Part shown: in pieces, positions 40,939 through 54,220 of the stretch | Numbering within the stretch: the first letter of the stretch is position 1 | Layout of the letters: each line of letters opens with the position of its first letter | Source: Camelus ferus | Lineage: Eukaryota | DNA: 64,000 bases | Direction: 5' to 3' | Assembly: GCF_009834535.1 (NCBI RefSeq) | Contig: NC_045697.1 | Coordinates: 115,136,001-115,200,000 of the forward strand | Program-made: the position numbers and the translations under genes | Notes under the pieces: generated by a model | Databases searched by the model: none | What the model saw: only the letters and a program-made list of their open reading frames with translations | Told to the model about the DNA's origin: nothing

Positions 40939-43099
40939 TCTTATTTCAGTCACTTGGCTTCAGTTCAATACTCTGAAAAAGGAAAAAGAAAGAAAGATGT
41001 ATTTAGGAATATTTTGTGTACAATGATTAAATTATTTTTGAGTGCAATGAGTAGTGAATCATCCAAAGAAAAATTAAAGAGGCTTTCCAAGAGACAGCAC
41101 CAGAAATCTTGCCTTTATCCTCTGTTGTTGTGAAAGATGGTCATGATATTAGCAGGAGATGAAGCTGAGAAGAAACTGGAGGTCTTAATAAACTTTTAGG
41201 ATTTTTATAAATTCAGTGTAGTTTCATAGAATCAACATTAGACTTCCGCATCCTCTAAATCCCATGGTAAAGTGGATGTATCTTTCATTCTTGTTCTATG
41301 TTCTTAGGATTCCAGAGGGCCCAAACATCTAAAAATGTGTATAGATGAGGGAAACAAGAAGAGTTAGTAGCAGTGAAAACTGTTAGTCGCTCTATTATTA
41401 GTCTATTTTTCCTAAGCGATTTCAAGATTGACTCCTCAATCAGTGGATTACTTAGTATTTAGGGTCGTCAGATCCATCCTATTTGAATGGTAGAGGAAGC
41501 AAGGCCTCACTATCAGTGGAGGGTCTGGTATTGTCTGACAGATAAAAAGTATTCCTATCAACCTAAAGCTGGCCATGATAGAATGGAATGGACAATTCAA
41601 CCCCTGTGGAAGGAGGCTGGTGCATTAATCTGTGCCTTTGATACTAACTTATACAGTCCTTATTTAGCTGCCTCAGTTTTCTAGTCTTAGATCCATAGAC
41701 TCAATCTTGCTTCTAATTTTATTTCTTAAGGTGACTGAAAAAAAGAAAAAAAAAGAAAAACTGATTAAGGCATTCTTTTAGGTGTATTAGTTGATTGTAA
41801 TGCCTAAGCTAAGTAATTTTAAATATTATTGCCTATGAACCAGGTATTTCTAGCCTACTACATACTGATTGCAGACGAGCAACAATGTAGAAATAGGCAA
41901 ATGTGTCTGAAAAAAAAAAGAGCTTTCTACAATCCATCTATGTCATATCCATACAAAATTAGAGAATCGTTCCAAATTCATAAATGATTTCCCTGAGTCT
42001 AAGTGTAATTATGTATACAATTTAAATGTCTGTTTCAAAAATAGTAGTTTTGAAACGGACCCATATACTACTTTACTGTTTAAAAGACATCAGAAAATAT
42101 TTTCACCAAATATACCTTCTTGATGTGACTCTATATGCCTTCTTAAATTGAAGGTGTTTAACAGCCATTTTATATGAAATACAGTTGGGATATGAAGGCA
42201 CTGCTGCCCACAATAATATGCTCTGTTTCCTGCCAAAGTAATTGTGGTCATGTAGCTTTGACCTCTGTTTGGGCAAGATATTTATCTTTCCTGGCTTTCA
42301 TCTGTCCTAATTACTTTGGTTTCCTTACCACCATCACTCACAAAGAACCTAATTGCTTCCTCTGAGATGCCAGCCCTCCCTGAAATCACCAATATGCTTT
42401 GTCACCTAGGGAGAAACCGAGCATCTGTTCCCACATCGTCACCTCCTCAGGAAAAGGCAGCTGCAGCTGTTTTTAGTGAGATTTCTCATTGCACAGTTCA
42501 GGGTTATGGAGAGGCTGATGATGTCCCTTTTGCTATGAGATTATCTGCTGAGGGAAGGCCAGGTTTTTAAGACACATCCCCCGTATTCAATGTGGCAGCA
42601 GAGCACACTACGTTTTCTGTCCTGAGGTCACACAGAGGATTTCCTTCTAGCCTTCCACAAAGTGATATGCAATTTTTATTGACTGCTTCTAAAGTAATTA
42701 TCCTTCTTATTTGTGTTACATTGTGTCATTTCTAACCCAAGCTATCAACCCATATGCAGAAGACATTCCTATTTTGGCAATGTCACCTCAAGTCTAAGTG
42801 ACACTGTATTTCCACTGTAATATGTCATGACTAAGAAGAGTTTCTCCCTCTGTTTTCTGTGTTCATCATAAAGAATTAGAGGTAATGAATTCTGAGTGCA
42901 TCAAAACAATCAATAAATAGATTTTGTAAAGGAAGATTCATTACTACCAAAATGTCTTTAATCATTACTTTATAGGTGTTTAAAACATCTTCTTTTATAT
43001 TTCCTTATCAATGTAACAATAGAATACCAAAAAAGAAACAGCAAAAAAACCTACAAAAGTTTAAATGCCTCTTTTTCATACCAAAGAGTTTATGCATAT

Positions 43100-43265
43100 A
43101 GGCAGCGTGGTGGAAAAGCTACTCTATTAGGGGGCCCTGGAGGCCTGGGCCCTGAACCTACATTGTTGGTGACTTTGATCTTCAGTTACACGTTAAATCT
43201 CTTTTATCTATTTTTCTACCATGAAAATAAGACTACTTCTTGCAGTAGTTTGAAGCAGATTAAGA
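43100..43265 (+). mobile_element. MIR SINE relic
   Basis: ggcagcgtggtggaaaagc...gcctggg...gtgactttg...ttacacgttaaatctc...tgaaaataag...gattaagat. Confidence 0.55.
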
Positions 43266-43596
43266 TTTTAAATACATTGGCGTCCTTTGAGTTTCTTACT
43301 GTTAGCTGGGGATGCAGGCGCTTCCATTGTAACAGAGAATCAGCTAACATCACTGCATTCCCTCAACTGAGACTGGAAAACCCCTCCTTCTCTCACCTTA
43401 CATGGGCCATGCGGACCTTTCAAGAGAGAATCAGGGATGGAGGCAAAATTATTTGAAGTCTTATTGACAATAGAAAGGTTGTCCTTTCTGTGTCTAAAAG
43501 TCTCTGCCACTAATACACCCTTTTATATATTTTTTACATAAAATCTTTTTGAAAAAGAGCATACCTTTGCTGTCTCTGTGTTTGTAAATAGCTCTT

Positions 43597-44502
43597 TGCG
43601 GGAAGCTGCCCTCAGCAGGAATCTCCTTTTGCCCGGCCACTTTAGCAAAGCTACACTGGAACTAACTTTTAAACCAGGTGCCCCCCACTACCTTGCCTTA
43701 CTCATCTCCAGCCCAAGCACCCCCTTTCCAGTGTTTTGATCACAGGACACCTTGCCTAACTTGTTGGTTGGTTCTTTGCTATATCAAAGAGGTAGGAATG
43801 AAGAATGAGTAATTAACAGATGATCAGATCTCTTCCCTAGCTTTCCCGTAGTCATCTCACAACTGTTCTCAGTCATCTCGCAAAAAGATAGCATCTAAAG
43901 ACAGACCACGAGGAGCAAACAAGCCTGCATGCAGTGGGAGATGGCTAAGAGTTTGGTCTCCTATCTCAGTGATTAACTGAGATTATTTCCCTTCTTCCCT
44001 TCAAAATTTTTATGGCTGGGCAGCATCTTTGGAGTTGGTTTTGAGGGGACATGAGTCCACCTTCTCCCCAGATTGCTGGCATTCTGATTCAAAAGCTACT
44101 TTCTGTGTGTATGAGTTGGGGAATGGGTTAAGAAAAATATGCCTAATAATAAGAGAATGTGGAATAGGATGAGATCATAACTCAATGGATATTATAAAGC
44201 CAATCAGAAAAATAACCATAATGTACCAAGCTATATAGAAAAGGGTTTGAGCTGGAAATTTTTTACCAGATTAACATTAGACTGGGGATGAAAGTTCATA
44301 CTTCATAGGCTAACATTTATCTTAAATGGTGTTAACATAAAATTGGGCAGGTTATAATAAACTATTCTGAAATTCTAGTTTAAAAAAAAACAAAAACAAA
44401 AACAAACAACAACAAAAACACTACTTTTCTTTTTACCAGCGATTGACTCTCTCCAGTATTCATTTTTTGAGTGGCAAGCAGCCGGGCCCAAGTTCGGTAA
44501 CA
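43597..44502 (+). mobile_element. solo ERV1-type LTR interrupted by a retrocopy
   Basis: R/U5-type sequence gacatgagtccaccttctccccagattgctggcattctgatt..aaag resumes after the insert and ends cggtaaca; the left boundary is uncertain. Confidence 0.75.
44105..44418 (+). pseudogene. 5'-truncated processed retrocopy of an unidentified polyadenylated RNA
   Basis: AATAAA at 44356-44361; A-rich tail from 44382; imperfect TSD aaaagctactttct (44091-44104) / aaacactacttttct (~44416-44430). Confidence 0.75.
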
Positions 44503-46959
44503 CTTTTAGTTCTCAGTCCAGTAAAATCTGACTTCTGAATCTGCTTAGCATGGAAATTGCTTGTGGTCAATTTCCAAATCTACTGTAGTAGATTTATCTT
44601 TATCAAACTTCCGTGGTGTTTACTCTGCACAATCAAGCCACTGTTCTAAGAGCTTCACGAAACTGAAGTCCATATTTACTTTCAGACTCACATGTAAAAT
44701 AATTAGGTGTCAGTCCAAGTCTGAGTAAATATAAAATAAAACATCTGTTTTCTTTTAATAGAAGCTGGATTTATTCCAGTGATCTTTGTAATTTAATGAC
44801 AACTCACCTGACCGGAATATGTTGAGGCACTTTATTAAAATACAGCTATTTTCTATGACACAGTTGCATATTGCTCAGTTATTATGGGTGGCACATCCTT
44901 TTGTGATGCTATTGTAATTCCGTGGACGTATGCTTTGAATGACAGTGCATTGACAAAGCTCATTGAAGGGTAAGTGGCAGTGCCCTCTCCATCTGCTTCC
45001 TTTCTGACCGGACTTGGTTCTTTAAGGCTGCATGAATGATAACTAGAAATTCTCAAAGCAATTAAGTTTATAGTCATAAGCCAACCCAAGAAGTGGTGGG
45101 AAAACAAAATTTAAGGTCAGACAAACACCCTTTCTTCCTCATCTCAATTGAGGAACAACATAGATTTTTTTTTTTCTCTTTCTCTGCCAGTCTTCTATTT
45201 CCTCTCCGCTACAAGCTCATTTTCCTGCTTTACACGGCTGCTGAATTTCATGAGGATGCAGTGTCCAATGCAATCTGTTCAGCCCTTCAGGTAATTACTT
45301 TGTGTACTTAAACTCTCATCCCATTGAAAGAAGATGAAGAAAATGCCAGAATTCACGGTGACCATTTGAGCAGCAACCAGAGATAATTGTCGGTCTTAAC
45401 CTTTGCCAACCCAATTGACGTTGTTTGATAATGTAGTTGTCCAGGGCATTTTTCCTATGGCATTCTTGCCTGGTTAGGCACTGTGTTTTTAGAACAGACG
45501 TTCTAACATTACAAAACCCTTTAAAAAAAATTCATCCTGAATTATGGAGATTCTAAACTTGAGAGCTCTGAATGACCAGTTAGATACAAAATGAAACATT
45601 TTAAGTCAGACAGGAATGAGTAAAATATCCAAATGACTCAAAGTCAAACCCAGTATAAGTGTGCTGCAGGAAAATGATGAAAAATCACAGGAAATTAAAT
45701 ATTAAGTAAACGGGTGGCCAGATGGAAAGAATGAAATTACAGGAAAAGAGTTATTATTTATTTTGATTAACCTACAGATTCAGTAGGCTCGCCCAGAACC
45801 TCACACACACACAAATGTTTTTGGTTTCGGTTTTTGTCTTTTTTTTTTTCCCCCAGATTGCTAGGGCCATGTAGAAATAAATTGTTTCTATTTTTTTGTT
45901 TGTTTAAAATCAAACATGGGGTGATCCAAGGAACTTCCTCAAAACAAAAATTAAATCTGGCTGTTGGTTCATTCAATACCACTTTCTATAATATGTAACT
46001 CAAAGCCCAGGCAATTCAACAGATCCTGGGTCATAATGAGAAAACGTCTGGCATCCAGCAGAGAGAACTCAACATTGCTGCCTTCCCCTCTGCTGTTCAA
46101 AGGGTCTGTCTGCCGCTTACACCGGCCACCCATGGAAACTGGGCTTAAGATACAAACCCTCCATGTGTACATATTGTAATTGACAAAGTACACTTGCATC
46201 TTACATTGGGTACATCAATCATCTGGCAATCTCTAAAATTGTTCACATGTTTTAAATAAACATTATTAAGACCACAAAACAGATGTGCCTGGTTTCAAAT
46301 GAGAAAGTCTTAGAACAGAGCTTGAAGTTGGAGTTTCTCTCTCCACAGATGATAACCTGGACCCTACTCCACGGGAGATGCAGGTCCTTCCCTGGCCCTC
46401 GAACACACGATCCTTGGAGCAGCTGAAAAATAACACACCCATGGCCTGTTCTTGGCACTATCGTTCTTAGTGTAAATATACTATCAGGGTTTTCCCTTCT
46501 CCCTCTCAAGAGACCTATGCTTTCCCTTTATAACTAGAGAATATATAAATAAATTGGCTGTGTACCAGCGTCTGACACTCACATGTAAACTAGAGGCTAT
46601 TTTCATAATAATATATCCACCAGAATATCCCACTGAGTATTTTTAACATTCTTGTGGTGCTTCCGTCTTTGTAGAAAGTCAAGTAAAATTAAAAAAAAAA
46701 AAAGGAGGTCTTGATTCAATTTTCATAATAGTACCCTTGAGAAATGTATCCTCATTCCTTTGTGTCTTGAAAATGCAGAAGAAAGTGTGTTATTGCACCT
46801 AAGTCCTCCCTGTAGGATTCCCTTTTTGATTTCCTATTTTGACAGTGGCAATATTCCTGTCCCATTTACCAGTCTCAAAAACTCAATGATCTTTCATCTT
46901 TAATTGCTCTCCCATACAACTTAATCAGATACCGTGACTCCCCATTTCCCACCTGAGAA

Positions 46960-47490
46960 TCACTTTGCCACCCACCCCCTGTGTGAGTTTGGGGAAGGCA
47001 AACTTCTCTTCTTCAGTGTCATCAATGGCAAAATTGAGATAATAAAAGTCCCCTTCTCATATGGCTCTTGTAAGTATAAAATGTTATTATTTCTTATGTA
47101 CGGTTTTCATACAATATCTGATTTATGTTAAGCAATTCCCAGCCATTGCATTCACTATTTCCCAATAGCCAAACGGATCTCAGTACTATCTGGATGATAG
47201 CACCTGCTAATCTGTTGCCACACCTTTTCCCAAAAGGATGTTCCTTATTTATAACGTCCTCTTGTATACTTTAGAATGATAAAATTTAAGCCCTAGCATC
47301 TAGACATTCAAGGACACAATTCAAATGCTGCACCTTTTAGAGGGAATTTTAGATCTTTCATCCCAGGGAAATCTCTCCACATACTGGATGCATAGGACCT
47401 ATTACTTAACTCACAAGGTTTTTGTGAGGATAAAATGACAGAGCTCAGTCCAATGTCTGGTAAACAGTAAATATTCAATAAATGTCAAAT
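46960..47490 (+). mobile_element. MIR SINE relics (two)
   Basis: ctgtgtgagtttggggaaggcaaacttctct...atggcaaaattgagataataa and cctattacttaactcacaaggtttttgtgaggataaaatga...gtctggtaaacagtaaatattcaataaatg. Confidence 0.6.
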
Positions 47491-47604
47491 GCAATTCATA
47501 TATTATGTATAAACATAGTAAATAGTATCACCATTAATTGTGTAGAACAATTTCTGCGATGCATTGTCTTTTGACAAATTTTGTTTTTTTCTGCATATAT
47601 GTAT

Positions 47605-47828
47605 GTGGGAGGGGCTAAATTGGGAGTTTGAGATTTGCAGATCCTAACTACTATATATAAAATAGACAAACAGGTTTTTACTGTATAGCACAGAGAACTA
47701 TATTCAGTATCTTATAGCAACCTATAATGATAATGAAAATGTATGTACACGTATGACAGACATGATGCTGTGCACAAGCATTGACAACATAGTAAACTGA
47801 CTATACTTCAATTAAAAAAGAAAAAATA
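47605..47828 (+). mobile_element. L1 3' terminal fragment (same subfamily as 20600-20952)
   Basis: aaattgggagtttgagatttgcagat...ctgtatagcacagagaactatattcag...aaactgactatacttcaattaaaaa. Confidence 0.9.
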
Positions 47829-48871
47829 TAAATATGTGTCTTTCACACCCATGTTCATTTTGTTTTTCTCAACTCAACTGCAGATTCTTTTGATTAGATG
47901 ACTAACTGTTCAAACTTTATCAAATACGTCAAAATCATGAAATTGATAAAATGTTATAAAGCGACCTCGACACACCAAATTTATTTTAAAAGAGGGAATT
48001 AATTTCATGTCTTAAATACGATAACATGGGGTTTCAAATCAAATATTAAAGCCACAGAATTTTATCAGGGAAGCTTTGCCAGAGAAGTGAACAGACTTTG
48101 GATCCCTAAGACAAAAATGGAAGAATCGTCATTCAAAACATATCAGCTGTGTGCTCATTATTCCCCATCAATGACTTGTAACAGCTGTGTGATGAGATTT
48201 ATGGTGGCTGGAAAGTGAGCAGGCTGATTCTGGTGGCCTGGGAACCGTGAAGTCTGGAGTAATGGTGTGTTTGGCCTCGGTCTGCTTTTCAAGCTGATCA
48301 ATTGGATGAAAGAGAACATTCGACTGAGTTTAAAATCAGCAATAAAAAGTGGAGGAGGAAAAATATTAGGTAGATGTGTTGTGTTGTGGTGTCTCTGTGT
48401 GTGTGCGTATGTTTGTGTCTCCTCCAAATCATAGATTTGAATAGACATGTAAAAATTTGGCTTCATAAGAAAAAGCAGGCAGCTGAGAGAAGACATATCT
48501 TCCACATATTACCATCTTTAAATATCCAACATATGTGAATCCCTAAATTGGTTTAAAGTTCTCTTTTTTTAGCCCTTGAAGTTTAGACAGTTTTTCTTCA
48601 TCGGGGGACCTATGGGGAGAGCGAGGGTACTTCTGGGACATTTTTTCCCCATCAGTGAGCATAGCTCTCATTGACGTGCAGGGCCCCTTGCTGTAAGTCA
48701 CTCCCTTTATCCAATAATTTTGATTGTCAAAACTATTAAGAGAGCAAGACTATACTGAAACCATCTAATACATCCATGCATAATTTGTCTTACTATATTC
48801 TTTAATGCCTAAGAATGACATTTGTTCATCTTTAATACAGTGAAAAAAATTAACTCAACATTGGTTTGTAG

Positions 48872-49185
48872 GCAGAATCTAAACAAATGATCCAAATGAA
48901 TTTCTTTACAAAACAGAAATAGATTCAAAGACAGAAAAAAACATGGCTACCGAAGGGCAAAGTAGGGAAGGGATACATTAGGAGTTTGGGATTAACAGAT
49001 GCAAACTGCTGTGTATAAAACAGATAAATAGCAACATCCTAGTGTATAACCCAGGCAACTATATTCAGTATCTTATAATAATTTTTAATGGAAAAGAGTC
49101 TGAAAAAGAATATATATGTATAACAGAATCACTTTACTGTAGATATGAAACATTGTAAATCAACTACACTTCAATTAAAGAAACA
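48872..49185 (+). mobile_element. L1 3' UTR fragment
   Basis: gaatctaaa...atgatccaaatgaa...acaaaacagaaatagattca...ggagtttgggattaacagat...cattgtaaatcaactacacttcaatt. Confidence 0.9.
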
Positions 49186-52100
49186 AAACCCGCACTGGTT
49201 TGTGATAATTCTTTCATGCCGTTATCTGCCTTCCAGTTACAGGTCAATACCCCGCGCTCTCATCTTTCATAGTCTTTCCTACCCCCTGTATAAGGGGAAG
49301 ATATCTATTCCTAGCTAACAAACAGCAACAGCATGGATGCAAGTTTGTCTTTGAGTCTCTATTTGGACTATTCACCACATAAAATGATTTGTGGTCCATG
49401 TAAAATCTGATGCACATTTCATACTTTTCAGGATAAGCAGTGATATAACGTGAAAATATTAGCCACAAAGAACACTGAGAGAACATATCAGACACGTGCT
49501 TTAAGATCTTTTATTTATCCTGTGCAAGTGACATAAAATCCCCGATCAATGTTAGAGACAGTAGAAGATTATCTACTAGATTATTCGTAGAAGTAAAGAT
49601 TAAAACACACATAAATGGAATTGAAGATAAGGCAAATACAATGAACTTTGTTATTCAAAGTGATAAAGGAAAACAGGCATGAATGCATTTTAAAAGTAAA
49701 GAATAAAGCAAAAAAAAAAAAACCTTCCTTAATCGGTTTAATTTAAATTCAAAACACCTGCAAGGTCCATGGCCCTGGTCTCTAAGGGTCACTTGGTGTT
49801 TGTTGAGTAAACCCCATCAGCTCGCCTTTTCACTGCAGAATTAAAGTATTCCATTTTTTGCATGCCATATAGCGTTCAGCAAAAATCTAGCTCACTTTGT
49901 GCTTTGGGGAGAATAAGACTCACATATCTAAGCCCTAGCTCTCTGTATAGTGTTATTCTGTTACCTTTTACTTTACCCCATTTTCTCTCTCTCTCTCTCT
50001 CTTTTTTTTTTTTTTAATGAAGAGTATATTCAAGCACAATCTACTCTCGAAAAAGTGTTTGGCCCAACAGTGATTTAATCTTGAAGCCTGCATATTCTTA
50101 ACAGTGGAACTTGGCGTGGGTACCGTGTGAGCAGATGTGTCTGAGAGTTCCAGAACAGGGCAGACACTTAAAGACACTGAGTGATTCAGTGCACCGATTC
50201 CGCAAGCTGCCGTCGGAAGCTGATAGGCTCCCTGCCCTTTCTGTGTATTGCTGTTTTCGGCAATAAAATTTGCATTTTAATCTGCAGGGATGTTCCTATC
50301 TTTCTGCCAGCTAGTCTCAGCGTCCTGCCCAGCATCATCAAACTAGAAGCATGATGGCCTTGACAGATATTTTCATTTCACTTAGCAAATATTTCTTCCA
50401 TCACTGAAAAGTTAACGCCTCCATAACCAGAACTTATATCACTTTGGAGGGGTCTAAAACTTCCTTTAAACAAACAACAGTAATTTCAGAAGGAATTATA
50501 TTGCCATAACAAATCAACGGGTTTGAATAAGGGAACAGTCATCCGAGTCTCCGCAGCATCTGGAGAGCGTAGAATTCAGAGTGCTCAAAGGGGAAAATAC
50601 TGTCCTCGGTGACGCTCGCTCACTTTGGTGGAAATTACACATGCATATCCGAGTAGACGCAGTTCCTGCTCAGCTTACTGAAAATTCTAATTAGATACAT
50701 CCATGCAGTGCTCATCCAATTATACCTATGGACTTTTCTAAAACCACTTACGTAAGCAGGAATATAAATTAGCATGGGTTACCCGAAAACCTATACAAGA
50801 AGATATTACAATATTGAATTTAGGGAAAAAGAAAAACAACACACCAGCTATTAAATCACTAATACTTTCAGTTGCTGGAGGGATATTGAAAATGAGATTG
50901 AAAAAAGGAGAACAAAATATGTTCTCTGCTTCTTTTCTCAAAAAAAAAAAAATATATTAAGTGAATGTTTTTCCAAGAGTATCCCCAGAGATGCTGCTAA
51001 ATGTCCCTAAGGAGTCTATTCTAGATTCCATAAATTTGTTGAAGATACTGTTTCACTTTCTAATATTTAGATTAAAAAAATGACAAAACGTAAACTTGAA
51101 ACTTTGCGTTGCTTTACAGTAGTGTATTCGAGGAATAAAGTATTATTCCTTTAGCTCCCACATCACAGTCCTGACCTGTTTCTTTCACTACAGTTCTGAC
51201 AGTCTTCACTTATTTCCTATTTCTGCTCCGTTAGTAGCATGTTTATAATGCTGCACGAGAGGGGAGACTAGATAGAGCCTCATTTCAGAGCCAGCTCTGA
51301 AGTCAGGGACAACTGGTTATTAATCTCAGCTATGCCTATTACTATCTCTGTAACAGTGATCCAGAAAGTCAGTAATAGTGTGTATGGTATGAGCTGGTGA
51401 GCAACACATCACCGGTATTTGCCGTCCCAGCTTTGGCTGGCGCTCTGCTAGCTCTGCAGCTCCAAACCACTGACAGAAGGCAGCACCCTCCTGGTCTCCC
51501 CGGGACCAGCACTTTGACTACTTACCCTTATTGTATCCAGCCAGGCTGGTAATAAGGAAGCGCTGATGCGATTTGCTCCATTACAATTTATAGAAATGTT
51601 TCACTTTCTACACGTTCATTTTTATACAATTTGTTTTATAAAAAATATTAATCAAATATATTTTGTTCTATGATCTTATAGCCAGAATCAAGCATTTACT
51701 CATCTTTGTTTACCCCACCAAACTTAGCCACATAGGCAAGAAATGCTCATTGGATTATCATTAAGTCCAGAAAACATATAATCAGTCACTTGACTTTCCT
51801 GTTTAATTATTTACTCAGAACGAGAAATACTGTCCATTGCACGTACCTTTCTTTATATTACTAAATATCAGGTGCTTACACATTTATGAAGCTTTAGGTC
51901 AAGGCAGGAACAGCTTTCTGGAATTCTTTTGGTAAGAGAATAATATTAAAACTATGACATTTTAATCTGCTATTGACTGCTCGGAATACATCACACTACA
52001 TTCAGGAAGTGTCTATGCTCATTTCCATTAAGTGGTTTCTCAGCACATTATGATGATTGCACTACATTGTAAGCCATGTTTAGAATATTTGGGGGCAGAA

Positions 52101-52795
52101 TTTATAGTGAATCTTTTCTTATTAAACAATGCTGCCTTTTATATTCTCCTATTACTCAGGTTTTCTCAAAGTCTTGCTTAGAATATAAATCCTCACTGTT
52201 GAGTTCACTGACAGGCTGTGTCTTCTACCAGCACACTAAGGCCTGGCTTTTTGCTTACCTAAGGATTTCATTTGCTTCCCTCCTCCTGCTTCTACTTGCG
52301 GTCACCCTACTTACGTATTCTCAAAAGGTGACCCTTGAAGATGCATCGTTTTCACGTCTCCGCCTTTGCTGTCAACGTGTTTTCTAGTTTGGGCTTATTT
52401 ATTTATTTTCATACATTTTTTTAAAATGAGTACTGCTTCAGCAATGACAAACTATATCCTAGGACCTAGAGTTACTGTATTTCTAGTAACATTAATGACA
52501 GAATTGTAGATACCTGAGTTTTGATATTTGAAAGTAAAACATCCCCAAATACTGTATTTATTGTTCCTAAGTGAGTCATACAGAAAGTTAGTATTTGATT
52601 TCAAATGATGTAGTGTCGTTTTCTATGTGCTTAATCTTCCTCACGTGCTTAGTAGCAAGATGTCTACCTTCTCCACTCCCACGCCAAATGCCTCATTTGT
52701 TTTTGAAAGTCCCAAAGAATTCCTTACTGATATCTCCTCAACAAATGTGTCAGAGTCCTCACTAGATGTCCGTCCTATTCCTCCTTGTCTACTGT

Positions 52796-53260
52796 TGAGA
52801 CCGAGCAGGACCCTGTGGGGACTTCCCAGGAGAGACCCCTCCCCCATGCCCTCTGCTGCAGCTCCTCTCTGAAGCACCCACATCATAGCATCTCATGTAT
52901 ATTTCCTGGATGTTTCAGATGCTAAAATCCACCACCAAAGGGAAGAAATTAACTACTTGATAATGGAGAGCCCCCAGGCCTCCTGGTGCCCAGGGGTTGA
53001 TAGTGCTCACCGCCCTGTTACCTCAACACCAACCAGTCGGAGGATTGTGCATGAGCTGATCACATACCCTGCAACACTTTCCCTCACTTGCCTTTAAATA
53101 TGCTCTGCTGAAATCCTTCGGGGAGTTTGGAGTTTTCTTGGGCATGAGCCACCCTGTCCTTGCTTGGCCCTGCAGTAAACCTTTCTCGGCTCCAAACTCT
53201 GATGTTTCCATTTGTTTGACCTCATGGTGCAGTGGGCACATGAACGTGCCTTTGGTAACA
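52796..53260 (+). repeat. 5' LTR of provirus #2
   Basis: TG...CA; colinear with 57820-58287; TATA-like tttaaa at ~53094; AGTAAA polyA-like signal at ~53174. Confidence 0.95.
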
Positions 53261-53263
53261 ATT

Positions 53264-53287
53264 TTCATGAAGCCAGCACAGGGGTCT
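53264..53287 (+). other. decayed primer-binding site, possibly tRNA-Arg(ACG)
   Basis: tcatgaagccagcacaggggtc lies immediately after the 5' LTR and resembles tggcgagccagccaggagtc; several mismatches. Confidence 0.4.
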
Positions 53288-54153
53288 GCCTGGTCCCGGC
53301 AGCGGCCAGAGCTCACTTCCCTCCAGGGAACTGGGACAGACTCTCCCTGGCACGGGACTGTTTAGAGCTTGAAGACGTCCAGAGCTGCATCCACACTCGG
53401 TGTCACCTGGGGTGAGTGGCTCCAGCTCACGCAGGCTGGGAATTCTCTCCATCCACCTGGGCTCATTCCTGCCAGGAAGGGAGTCATTCTGGGACTTTCT
53501 CAAGATCTAGGCTGCTCTGTATGGGGGCATCCCCCTGGGAGAGGAAGTAGAATTTTGGGGCTACACCTTGTCTGATATTTTGTTTGTAGAGACATGTCTG
53601 TTGTTTGTACGTGCGTGTCAGTACTTGCATGAGCCAGCTGAGACGTCTTTGAGTAACAGGGCCCACGTGTGAGGACACCGGGGTGTCCCCCCCATTGCAC
53701 TGGCCTCACCGGTGGTGGAGCGTCGGCTGGGACTTCCCCTTTCTCTAGCCTCGGTCTTTCATTCAGCTCCGTCTCTGATGGGTATTGGTTGGGGTTCTCC
53801 CCTTTTGGATTGATGGAGCTTTAGTTAGGAATCTCCCTTTTGGGGCTGGGGAACTGTGACCCTCAGAAACTGTTCTGAATTTATGTTTGCTTGATATTTG
53901 ATAACATTGGCTGTGAGTAATTAAATGTGGACCATCAGAGCTCTGTTCCACCTTATATATAGTCCTCCTAGAGTGTATTTTTCAAAACTGGCAGATCTTT
54001 AGCTATACTCCCATAAATGAAGTAAAATGATATTTTTTATTGAAATATTATCTAGTTACTTCCTGAGAGGTGGATAATAATGGCCCTCCTGGCTCTGTTA
54101 TTATATCAAAGTAGATCTTTTGCAATTTGGCTTTTATCTTGGGGGTGTGGTGC

Positions 54154-54154
<1 letters not shown>

Positions 54155-54188
<34 letters not shown>

Positions 54189-54220
54189 GTGTGTGTGTGT
54201 GTGTGTGTTTGCGTGTGTGT
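54155..54220. repeat. (TG)n/(TGTATG)n microsatellite inside the provirus leader
   Basis: direct inspection. Confidence 0.95.
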
